A stretch of 64,000 bases of DNA from Bacteroidota bacterium. GTDB lineage: Bacteria > Bacteroidota > Bacteroidia > Chitinophagales > Chitinophagaceae. Positions 1-8,149 of the stretch are shown here, piece by piece (positions within the stretch are counted from its first letter, which is position 1; every line of letters starts with the position of its first letter). The DNA lies in contig JAPLEO010000110.1 in assembly GCA_026391125.1 (NCBI GenBank), positions 7-64,006 of the forward strand, read 5' to 3'. Both the position numbers and the translations under genes were made by a program. A model generated the notes under the pieces. The model saw only the letters and a list, made by a program, of their open reading frames with translations, was not told the origin of the DNA and ran no database searches.

Positions 1-1
1 A

Positions 2-1888
2 TTGACAAAGAGTTATGGTATTAACCCACTTTTTTTTTTTTTTTCTTTACATATTAATGAAGGCGATAAAATAGCCTTAATTGCCCGCAATGGGGTTGGA
101 AAATCAACATTATTGCGCATTTTAGCCGGCCAAGAAACTTCAGATAGTGGCAAACACTGGGTCAATAAAGACGTAACAGTGGCTTTATTTGAGCAGGATC
201 CGCATTTCGAAGAGGATAAAACAGTCCTTGAAAATATCTTCCATCTTGAACACCCTATAATAACTGCTATCCGCAAGTATGAAGATGCCATGGAGAGCGA
301 AGACGGGATGTTAATTGCTGAAGCCATTGGAGAAATGGAAGACTTGAATGCTTGGGATTTCGAATCCAAAGTAAAACAGATCCTTGATAAATTAAATGTG
401 CATCACTTAAAGAATCCCGTGAGTGAGCTAAGTGGTGGTCAGCGTAAACGTGTGGCACTTGCAAAAACCTTGATCGATATTGGGTTTGAACATAAGCATA
501 CACTGCTGATGATGGATGAACCTACCAACCACCTTGACGTTGAAATGATCGAGTGGTTAGAGCAATACCTGAATCAAGAAAATGTGACCCTATTATTGGT
601 TACACACGATCGATATTTTTTGGATGCTGTTTGTGAAGAGATCTGGGAGTTGGAAAGAGAGAATATGTATGTGTACACGGGCGACTATGAAAATTATGTA
701 GAGAAAAAAGCTGCGAGGATTGAGAGTGAATTAGCGAGTATTGATAAAGCAAAAAATACATTCCGCAAAGAATTGGAGTGGATGCGCAAACAGCCCAAAG
801 CTAGGACTACCAAGAGTAAGAGCCGGCAAGATAATTTTTACGAAGTAGAAGCGAAGGCCAAACAAAAAATTGAAGACGCACAGTTGCAATTAGAAGTTAA
901 GATGAGCCGGTTGGGGGGAAAGATCGTAGAAATGAAAAAAGTGTATAAAGCCTATGACGACAAGCCCATTTTGAAGGGCTTCGATTATAATTTCAGCAAG
1001 GGCGAACGCATTGGGATCATTGGAAAGAATGGGGTTGGAAAATCAACCTTCATGAATGTGTTGCAACAACTCGAGCCCGCAGATAGTGGAAAAATTGTGG
1101 TGGGCGATACCATCATCTTCGGAAATTTTTCTCAGCAAGGATTGGTGATCAAAGAAGACATGCGCGTAATTGAATACGTAAAAACTTTTGCAGAAAACTT
1201 TCCCCTTGCAAAGGGCGGAAGCTTAAGTGCAGCACAGTTCTTAGAGTTATTTCTATTCACGCCTGATAAACAATATACCTATCTAAGTGCACTTAGTGGA
1301 GGTGAACGAAAGCGTCTGCAACTATTAACGATTTTATTTACAAACCCGAATTTTTTAATCCTTGATGAGCCTACCAACGATTTGGATCTACCAACGCTTG
1401 CCGTGCTCGAGAATTTTTTAAGTGATTACCAAGGATGCGTAATGATCGTTTCACACGACCGTTATTTCATGGATCGATTAGTGGATCACTTATTTGTATT
1501 TGAAGGAGAAGGCGAAGTGCGCGATTTCCCTGGTAACTATACACAATACCGTATTTGGCTCAAAGAAAATGAGAAAAAAGAAAACAAATGGGCAGTATTA
1601 GAGTCGAATAAAAGCAAGGGTCAGACTACAGAAGAAGCCGTAGTAAGCAATGCTGCAATAGCAGATACACCTAAGAAAAAAGCCTCGTTTAAAGAAAAAA
1701 GAGAATTCGAAATCCTGGAAAAAGAAATGCCAGAATTAGAATCAGAAAAAACGATCATCACAGAAAAAATGAGCACGGGAAACCTAGGTTTTGAAGAGCT
1801 GCAAAAACTAAGCGACAGGATGATAGCTATTTCTCAGTTATTAGAAGAGAAGGAGCTGAGGTGGTTGGAGCTTAGTGAGATGGTTTAG
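2..1888 (+). CDS. ABC-F family ATPase (tandem ABC domains, no TM domain); 5' end probably cut by the window edge
   Basis: Two Walker A motifs (RNGVGKST, KNGVGKST). Two ABC signatures (LSGGQRKR, LSGGERKR). Walker B motifs MMDEPTNHLD and ILDEPTNDLD. Charged coiled-coil C-terminal tail. The ORF is open to position 2, so the TTG start is likely internal. Confidence 0.9.
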   Translation: MTKSYGINPLFFFFSLHINEGDKIALIARNGVGKSTLLRILAGQETSDSGKHWVNKDVTVALFEQDPHFEEDKTVLENIFHLEHPIITAIRKYEDAMESEDGMLIAEAIGEMEDLNAWDFESKVKQILDKLNVHHLKNPVSELSGGQRKRVALAKTLIDIGFEHKHTLLMMDEPTNHLDVEMIEWLEQYLNQENVTLLLVTHDRYFLDAVCEEIWELERENMYVYTGDYENYVEKKAARIESELASIDKAKNTFRKELEWMRKQPKARTTKSKSRQDNFYEVEAKAKQKIEDAQLQLEVKMSRLGGKIVEMKKVYKAYDDKPILKGFDYNFSKGERIGIIGKNGVGKSTFMNVLQQLEPADSGKIVVGDTIIFGNFSQQGLVIKEDMRVIEYVKTFAENFPLAKGGSLSAAQFLELFLFTPDKQYTYLSALSGGERKRLQLLTILFTNPNFLILDEPTNDLDLPTLAVLENFLSDYQGCVMIVSHDRYFMDRLVDHLFVFEGEGEVRDFPGNYTQYRIWLKENEKKENKWAVLESNKSKGQTTEEAVVSNAAIADTPKKKASFKEKREFEILEKEMPELESEKTIITEKMSTGNLGFEELQKLSDRMIAISQLLEEKELRWLELSEMV

Positions 1889-1893
1889 AAGAA

Positions 1894-2030
1894 GATAAAA
1901 GATAAAAGATAAGAGTGAAGAGAGGAGCGAAAACAGGTAAGTGAAGAGTTAACTTTTCACTTACACATTTACAAACCTCTCTTCACTCTTATCTTTTATC
2001 TATTCACTTAATATTTATCTCTTCACTTAT
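1894..2030. repeat. Pair of stop-proximal heptamer-type elements in inverted orientation; perfect 25-bp inverted repeat with a nested 9-bp inverted repeat; likely bidirectional terminator
   Basis: gataaaagataagagtgaagagagg (1901-1925) is the exact reverse complement of 1976-2000. Nested pair gtaagtgaa (1937-1945) / ttcacttac (1956-1964). A further GTGAAGA-GATAAAT copy lies on the minus strand at 2013-2026. The region sits between convergent stops at 1888 and 2037. Confidence 0.75.
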
Positions 2031-2036
2031 TAAATC

Positions 2037-2471
2037 CTATCTAAAAGAGATCAATTCCACTTCAAAGATTAAAGTGCTATTCGCGCCGATCTGTGCTGTG
2101 ATTTGACGGTCGCCATAGGCAAGGTGCGAAGGGATAAAGAAACGCCATTTACTGCCTGTGGGCATTAATTGCAAACCTTCAGTCCATCCTGAGATTACTC
2201 TATTTAGAGGAAAAGATGCTGGTGATCCTCTTTGTACTGAACTATCAAAAACAGATCCGTCGATCATGGTGCCATGATAATGACAGGTAACTTCATGATT
2301 CGCGGAAGGCTTGGGGCCATTGCCTTCTACTAGAATTTCATATTGTAAACCACTCGGCAATTCAGTGATCTCTTCTTTGGTTTTATTTGCGGCAAGAAAA
2401 TCTTCACCCACTTTTAAATTTGCTGCTGCTTTGTCGGCTTTAATTTGTGCTAATTGATCGGCTACTCCCAT
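2037..2471 (-). CDS. FKBP-type peptidyl-prolyl cis-trans isomerase
   Basis: Typical FKBP core: GLQYEIL, HYHGTMIDGSVFDSS, PASFPLNRVISGWTEGLQLM, IPSHLAYG, STLIFEVELI. Confidence 0.9.
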   Translation of the reverse strand: MGVADQLAQIKADKAAANLKVGEDFLAANKTKEEITELPSGLQYEILVEGNGPKPSANHEVTCHYHGTMIDGSVFDSSVQRGSPASFPLNRVISGWTEGLQLMPTGSKWRFFIPSHLAYGDRQITAQIGANSTLIFEVELISFR

Positions 2472-2498
2472 TTTTTAACTTTTTACTTTTGACTTTAT

Positions 2499-2999
2499 TT
2501 ATGCGTTGATTAATTTTTGAATGGCAACATTTTTATTTCTTAAATCATTGCCCCCTTCAAAAACTGATTTAAGATTAGCAAGATAGAAAGTCCATCCTAG
2601 GCCGCACTCAATATAGAAATACCTTTTTTCTGCTTCTGTATCTTGTTGCATTTGCTGTTCAATGCTACAAATTATTTCATCCGATTCAATGGGGAAATTT
2701 ACAGTTAGTATATTTTTTCCGCTGAAAGTAAATGATAATTGATCGATACCGTTGGCACTAATGATATGGCCTCGATCAACTGTAGAATCATCGTATCCGT
2801 GCCAGCGCCATTCAAATGAATCGCCTGCTTCAAAATTTTCATCTGCTTCCCTGAGTGTCCCATCGGCTTTGGTTACGATAGCTTCTCTGAGAAACCAACT
2901 TTCTAATCCGGTTTTTGTAGCCCATGCTGCATACAAAGAAAAAACAGGAGCTTTGACCGTTACCCTTTTTATGAAATTATTCCAATGATAATCTTGCAT
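2499..2999 (-). CDS. SRPBCC superfamily protein (AHSA1/START-like)
   Basis: 166 aa. Pattern VTVKAPVFSLYAAWATKTGLESWF ... GLGWTFYLANLKSVFE is typical of the Aha1-like SRPBCC fold. Call is from motif recognition only. Confidence 0.7.
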   Translation of the reverse strand: MQDYHWNNFIKRVTVKAPVFSLYAAWATKTGLESWFLREAIVTKADGTLREADENFEAGDSFEWRWHGYDDSTVDRGHIISANGIDQLSFTFSGKNILTVNFPIESDEIICSIEQQMQQDTEAEKRYFYIECGLGWTFYLANLKSVFEGGNDLRNKNVAIQKLINA

Positions 3000-3026
3000 C
3001 TGATAATATCCAATTAAATAGAAAAA

Positions 3027-4493
3027 TTACTTACCTGCTTCTTGCATCATGATCTGGTAAAAATATACCATCCGCTTTAAATCTGAAACCCCAATTCTTT
3101 CGTCAATCCCATGAAACCCTTTCGCATCAACTGTTGGAGAGAATTTGATAACACCATCTGCGATTGTTTGAAAGTATTTCGAATCTGTCGCACCCACTGA
3201 AAGAAAAGGAACAGGGATCACTGATTTCATAATTTGATAAGTTGCATTTTCTACTTTTTTATAAGCAACACTTTCATAAGATGCTGCGGGCCCAACTTTA
3301 TCTGGAGGGCTATAGTGAGTAATCTTGACTCTTGCATCATTGATCTGCTTATTCATAAATTCCTCCACTTGTTCAACCGAAGTGCCCGGAAGGATTCTTG
3401 TATTTACAGTAGCTTTTGCAACCGTTGGAATTACATTATCCTTAATGCCAGCTTGAATGATGGTAGGAACAATTGTTGTATGAAATAAAGCATTGCTACT
3501 TTTGTCTTTTTCCATTTCACTAACCAATTGTTTTTCGAAAAGCCATGTGTTTGCAATGGCCATTCTTTGCATGAAAGGCATGCCTGGTCCAACTCGATTC
3601 AACATTTCATGAATTACCGGCAAGAACTGATAGGGCATTTGTTTCTTTCTTAAATGCACAAGTCCTTTGTTTAAAACGTCAATGGCGGTTTCTGGAGCAG
3701 GAGTGGAGCTATGGCCACCATGCATTTCAACAGTTAAATCGAAACTCATATATCCTTTCTCTGCAACTGCAATAAGGGCAACAGGTCTTTTTAGTTCTGT
3801 AAAGTTTTCTTCTGTGATTTCTCCACCCTCATCCAACACAACTTCGGGATGAATTTTGTTTTCATCCAAATATTTTGCGATGGCCTGTGCACCATGACCA
3901 ATGGTTTCTTCATCATTCCCAAAACTGAAATAGATCGTTCTCTCTGGTTGGAAATGATCGGCCAATAACTTTTCAGCGGCTTCCAAAATACTGATCAAAC
4001 TTGATTTGTCATCTGCAGCACCCCTTCCATAGATCGTATCATTTTTGAGTATTCCCTCAAAAGCTGGAACAGTCCATAATTTTTCTGTAGCAGCTTCTAC
4101 TGGCACTACATCATAGTGTGCCATCAACACATAAGGCTTTTGTTCAGGATGTTTTCCTTCCCATTTATAAAGTCGGCTTAGTCCGTTAAAACTTTGGTGT
4201 GTCAATGCTTGGTGAACTAAGGGGTAATTCTTTTCTACAAATAACCAGAAGGCAAGGTATTGTGCGGTATCTACTGGCTGTCCATCTCCCGCACTGATTG
4301 TTTTGAAGTGGATAGCCTGTTGCATATGACTAATGGCAGAATCAGGCAGATTGGGTAATTCCTTTGCAGGTTTTGTAACAATCTCTTTACTAAATCGTAA
4401 AGTGTTAAAAACTACGATGCCAACTATAAAGACAAGAACAATAAAAATCGCTAAAAATATCTTTTTAATCATATGCATAAAATAGTCCCTCAA
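3027..4493 (-). CDS. M20 family metallopeptidase with N-terminal membrane anchor
   Basis: Motifs MAHYDVVP, GRGAADDKS, NDEE and LDEGG. Hydrophobic N-terminus IFLAIFIVLVFIVGIVVF. The true start may be one of the internal Met codons a few residues in (MHMIKK). Confidence 0.85.
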   Translation of the reverse strand: MRDYFMHMIKKIFLAIFIVLVFIVGIVVFNTLRFSKEIVTKPAKELPNLPDSAISHMQQAIHFKTISAGDGQPVDTAQYLAFWLFVEKNYPLVHQALTHQSFNGLSRLYKWEGKHPEQKPYVLMAHYDVVPVEAATEKLWTVPAFEGILKNDTIYGRGAADDKSSLISILEAAEKLLADHFQPERTIYFSFGNDEETIGHGAQAIAKYLDENKIHPEVVLDEGGEITEENFTELKRPVALIAVAEKGYMSFDLTVEMHGGHSSTPAPETAIDVLNKGLVHLRKKQMPYQFLPVIHEMLNRVGPGMPFMQRMAIANTWLFEKQLVSEMEKDKSSNALFHTTIVPTIIQAGIKDNVIPTVAKATVNTRILPGTSVEQVEEFMNKQINDARVKITHYSPPDKVGPAASYESVAYKKVENATYQIMKSVIPVPFLSVGATDSKYFQTIADGVIKFSPTVDAKGFHGIDERIGVSDLKRMVYFYQIMMQEAGK

Positions 4494-4606
4494 TATAGTT
4501 CATTCAAAGATTAAGAAATTGTAAAGGGAATTTTTTAAGCTGCTTTTATAAAAAATTAATGTTCAATTCTGACTAAATATTGCAACTTTATAAGAAATAA
4601 TTAAAT

Positions 4607-5596
4607 ATGAAAAAAAGGCCTTTAGGTAAACAAGGTATTATAGCGTCGCAATTGGGATTGGGTTGCATGGGCATGAGTGAATTTTATGGTATTGCAGATG
4701 ATGCTGAAAGTTTACGTTTGTTGGATGAGGCTTTAGAATTGGGTGTTAATTTTTGGGATACGGCAGATATGTATGGTCCGTATAAAAATGAAATCCTTTT
4801 ATCCAATGCATTGAAAGGCAAGCGCGATCAAATTGTATTGGCAACAAAATTTGGGATAGTACGCGAGGGAGAAAATTATGCTACTAGGAGTTTAAACGGG
4901 AAACCAGCCTATGTTCAAACTGCCTGCGAAGCAAGTTTGAAAAGATTGGATACAGATTATATCGACTTATACTATTTGCATCGCAAAGATCCGAACACAC
5001 CGATTGAAGAAACGGTGGGTGCCATGGGAAGGTTAGTAGAGCAAGGCAAAGTGCGAGGTATTGGATTGAGTGAGGTTAGCGCATCTACATTACGTAAAGC
5101 CCACGCAGTGCATCCTATATCTGCATTGCAAACAGAGTATAGTTTATGGAGTCGAGATCCTGAGGATGAAATTCTTGAAACCTGTAAAGAATTAGGAATT
5201 GCATTTGTTCCTTATAGTCCGTTAGGAAGAGGATTCTTGACTGGTCAAATTAAAAAAATAGAAGACTTTGCTCCAGATGATTATCGTAGGTTTTCTCCAC
5301 GTTTTCAAGGAGAAAATTTCGAAAAAAATGTTGAGCTTGTAAAATACTTGGAGATCATGGCAGGGGTAAAGAACTGCACTCCATCACAGTTGGCGTTGGC
5401 TTGGGTAATGAGTAAGGGTGATCATATTTTTCCGATTCCGGGTACCAAAAAATCTAAGTATCTAAAAGAAAATATTGGATCAGTGAATATCAAATTCAAT
5501 GAAGATGAGCTGTCATTAATTGATGATCGATTTAATAGGGATGCTGCAGCTGGAACGAGGTACCCAGAAGCGATGATGGCAGCTTTAAATGCATAA
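4607..5596 (+). CDS. Aldo/keto reductase
   Basis: [26 protein letters not shown] and IPGTKK motifs are characteristic of the AKR11/Tas-like family. 329 aa. Confidence 0.9.
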   Translation: MKKRPLGKQGIIASQLGLGCMGMSEFYGIADDAESLRLLDEALELGVNFWDTADMYGPYKNEILLSNALKGKRDQIVLATKFGIVREGENYATRSLNGKPAYVQTACEASLKRLDTDYIDLYYLHRKDPNTPIEETVGAMGRLVEQGKVRGIGLSEVSASTLRKAHAVHPISALQTEYSLWSRDPEDEILETCKELGIAFVPYSPLGRGFLTGQIKKIEDFAPDDYRRFSPRFQGENFEKNVELVKYLEIMAGVKNCTPSQLALAWVMSKGDHIFPIPGTKKSKYLKENIGSVNIKFNEDELSLIDDRFNRDAAAGTRYPEAMMAALNA

Positions 5597-5602
5597 AAGA
5601 AA

Positions 5603-5644
5603 GTGAAGAGATAAAAGATAAAAGTGAAGAGAGGAGAGAGGAGA
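5603..5644 (+). repeat. Stop-proximal heptamer element (GTGAAGA GATAAAA GATAAAA GTGAAGA GAGGAGA GAGGAGA)
   Basis: Read directly from the sequence. It begins 6 nt after the AKR stop codon. Its first 22 nt are identical to 25312-25333. Confidence 0.8.
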
Positions 5645-5688
5645 GAAAAAGAAAGGATAGGTGAAAATTTCCAAGTGAAATACGTTAA

Positions 5689-5708
5689 CCTCAGACTTCA
5701 GTCTGAGG
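5689..5708. terminator. 8-bp perfect hairpin (cctcagac-ttca-gtctgagg) between convergent genes; no U-tract
   Basis: The inverted repeat was read directly. It lies between the stops at 5596 (+) and 5756 (-). The lack of a T-run lowers confidence in terminator function. Confidence 0.4.
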
Positions 5709-5755
5709 GTCTCTCCAGCAAGTCAAAAACAAAAACTGCTCCTAATGATCTAAAA

Positions 5756-6418
5756 CTAGTTGATCTTGATTCCAGGAAGTACTTTACTGTTCTTTTTTTG
5801 CTTGTCAACATCAGCCAATTTAATTACTGGATGTACTGATGCGATACTAGGGCATTTAAAACAACTTGCCCGATAGATTTTATTGGCATAACTCACTTCA
5901 CAAGTTCCCTCATCCCAATTATTCCCTGCTATTACAAATACATCTTCTGCATCTTGGCCCGATTGTGGTACAAATCTTAATCTGTTACCATTTTCAAACT
6001 TGATCCAAATACCTTCAGGATCAATTGCGTCAATAACGCCGGGAGTGTATGCATTGATAGTGATTTCGTCAACTACAGAACTATTGATAAAGCGAATAAC
6101 ACCAGCAGCCACTTCGGCTTTAGTGCTATCAATGTTTTTAAGTAGGATCAATTTTTGATCTAAGTAGATCTGCACTTTTTTATAATCGATGGCAAATGCT
6201 TGCAATTTCATCTGCAGATCACGCGTATAATTTGAAAACTGTGTTTTATCTACAGTAGAAGGTGGTGTGTAGGCATTATTTTCTTTCGGATCGCTTTGGG
6301 CTGCTGTATGCTCTTTTATATAAGCTTTTGAAGAAGCCGATTTACGACCGGTACAGCCCGATAATACCAAAAGGCAAACGATTAAAAGGCTAGTGGTTAA
6401 ACGATACATAAACGTCAT
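5756..6418 (-). CDS. Hypothetical lipoprotein
   Basis: N-terminal signal with lipobox (LLVLSGC). No recognisable catalytic motifs. Confidence 0.6.
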   Translation of the reverse strand: MTFMYRLTTSLLIVCLLVLSGCTGRKSASSKAYIKEHTAAQSDPKENNAYTPPSTVDKTQFSNYTRDLQMKLQAFAIDYKKVQIYLDQKLILLKNIDSTKAEVAAGVIRFINSSVVDEITINAYTPGVIDAIDPEGIWIKFENGNRLRFVPQSGQDAEDVFVIAGNNWDEGTCEVSYANKIYRASCFKCPSIASVHPVIKLADVDKQKKNSKVLPGIKIN

Positions 6419-6657
6419 AATTTATTCAAAATTAGCGAAATTATGTGATGCTATATCAGAACTACATTTTGTCGGAAAGCGCAAAAGTCAATACTGGACT
6501 GCATTATAGCAGTTACAAGTACAACAAAACATACCAATTGCTTGGTATTTTCTCCTATTGAAACAGTTTTTTAGGGGGTTTTATTGCTTTTGAGGTCAAT
6601 AAATATTTTGTTAAACCTTTATATATAAGTTCTTTAAGCTAATAAAAGAACCAAAAA

Positions 6658-7653
6658 TTAGTGTTTTGCCTCGATCCATTTCTTAGAGATCTCGGGATAT
6701 ACATTGATCAATGTATTTGATTTGCCATCTTTTTCAAAGACCTTTTCCCAGGTATTCAAGGGTTCCCAAATGAAAGTGCCCTTCATTTTTTTGCCAGGAA
6801 TTTCAAAAGCAATATCATTCACCTCTTTTTTAAAAGCAGTGTATTCTACCACTACTAACTCTTGTTTATATCGCTTTGCTAAATCGGCTAAATTATTTTT
6901 CAGATCAGTTAATGTTCCATGCCATTGCGGATAATAGGATTGACCAATCACATCGAAAGAAACATTTTTGGCGATCAGCTCATCTAGGAATTTTACGGAT
7001 TCTTCGTTTTGTCCACCGCAAGCTATATGCATCATAATCGGAACCTTTTTGCTAACCGCTCGCACACCTGCTACACCTTCTTTTAGCAGCTCAATCAGCT
7101 GATCCATATTTGAATTCTTTCCTTCGGGCCAAACAATGCCATGATTGATTTCATTTCCCACTTGGATCATATCTGGAAAAGTTCCTTGTTTTTTTAATGC
7201 ATTTAGAACTGTAACAGTATGTTCCTTCAATGCTTCTTTCATTTCGGGGAATGACATTTTTTCCCATGCAGAAGGTTTGATTTGGTGACCAGGATCGGCC
7301 CAATTATCGCTATAATGAAAATCCAATAAGAACTTCATTCCTGCGGCTTTGATCCTTTTTGCCATAGCCATTGTATGTGCTAGATCACAGAATCCTTGTT
7401 TGGGAGAATAGCCGCTATCTGCGGCGGGGTCTACAAATATTCTGAGTCTTATATAGTTAAAACCTTTTTCTTTCAACAATAAGATGGCGTCTTTAGCTAC
7501 ACCCTGATCACTGAATACAATTCCTCTAGCTTCTAGTTGTGGCAAAAAAGAAATGTCTGCTCCAAGAATATTTTCTTTGTTTTTTACTTGCGAATTTGCA
7601 GTTAACGTTAATAGAAAAACAAACAGTGTTTGAAGTAATAATAACTTTTTCAT
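6658..7653 (-). CDS. Glycoside hydrolase family 53 (arabinogalactan endo-beta-1,4-galactanase)
   Basis: Signal peptide. GADISFLPQLEARG, RLRIFVDP, DFHYSDNWADPG, QVGNEINHG and VVEYT motifs are typical of GH53. Confidence 0.85.
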   Translation of the reverse strand: MKKLLLLQTLFVFLLTLTANSQVKNKENILGADISFLPQLEARGIVFSDQGVAKDAILLLKEKGFNYIRLRIFVDPAADSGYSPKQGFCDLAHTMAMAKRIKAAGMKFLLDFHYSDNWADPGHQIKPSAWEKMSFPEMKEALKEHTVTVLNALKKQGTFPDMIQVGNEINHGIVWPEGKNSNMDQLIELLKEGVAGVRAVSKKVPIMMHIACGGQNEESVKFLDELIAKNVSFDVIGQSYYPQWHGTLTDLKNNLADLAKRYKQELVVVEYTAFKKEVNDIAFEIPGKKMKGTFIWEPLNTWEKVFEKDGKSNTLINVYPEISKKWIEAKH

Positions 7654-7713
7654 ATAGAAGGAAATTCAAAATGAAAGGTAGTCATTAATTGATTTGAGTA
7701 TCGATGGGAAGGC

Positions 7714-8010
7714 TTAATTTTCTTTTATAGAGAGGCCATTTCTCATATTACTTGTTTTCAGAAAAGGCAAGGAAAATTCATTTCCTTCTTCACAGGAAAT
7801 TGTAAAAAAATATTGACCATCCGGAATATGAATTAAATTCAACTGAATAGTTTCACCTAAGAAACCACCTTTCCGAACCAATTGATCACTGCTGCTTTTT
7901 ATACAATATTTGAGTGGTGCTTTTTTTAAATTAGGACACTTAATAAGCACATTCATCCTATCTGAAACTATTTCAGTTATTTCAAATTTAGTAAGAGCAA
8001 ACGTTGGCAT
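7714..8010 (-). CDS. Hypothetical 98-aa protein (resembles an isolated T9SS C-terminal sorting domain)
   Basis: ORF only. The segment LNLIHIPDGQYFFTISCEEGNEFSLPFLK resembles a Por/T9SS CTD pattern. Weak support. Confidence 0.35.
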   Translation of the reverse strand: MPTFALTKFEITEIVSDRMNVLIKCPNLKKAPLKYCIKSSSDQLVRKGGFLGETIQLNLIHIPDGQYFFTISCEEGNEFSLPFLKTSNMRNGLSIKEN

Positions 8011-8094
8011 TTAGGGGGGAGTTTCTAACTCAAATCTATTCAATTCAACTTATCTGTTACATTAAGAAAACATTAAGTCTTGCGTTTGTTAAAC

Positions 8095-8128
8095 AAAAAT
8101 GCCCATTCATTCGAATAGGCATTTTTTT
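8095..8128 (-). terminator. Rho-independent-type terminator downstream of gcvP
   Basis: A 9-bp stem, aaaaatgcc (8095-8103) / ggcattttt (8118-8126), flanked by A/T runs. It lies 22 nt beyond the gcvP stop. Confidence 0.5.
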
Positions 8129-8149
8129 AGTATTTAAAATTCAATATGG

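Noticed and set aside
5624-5839. 71-aa ORF MKRGERREKERIGENF...
   Set aside because: It is generated by the purine-rich heptamer element and overlaps the 3' end of the convergent lipoprotein gene.
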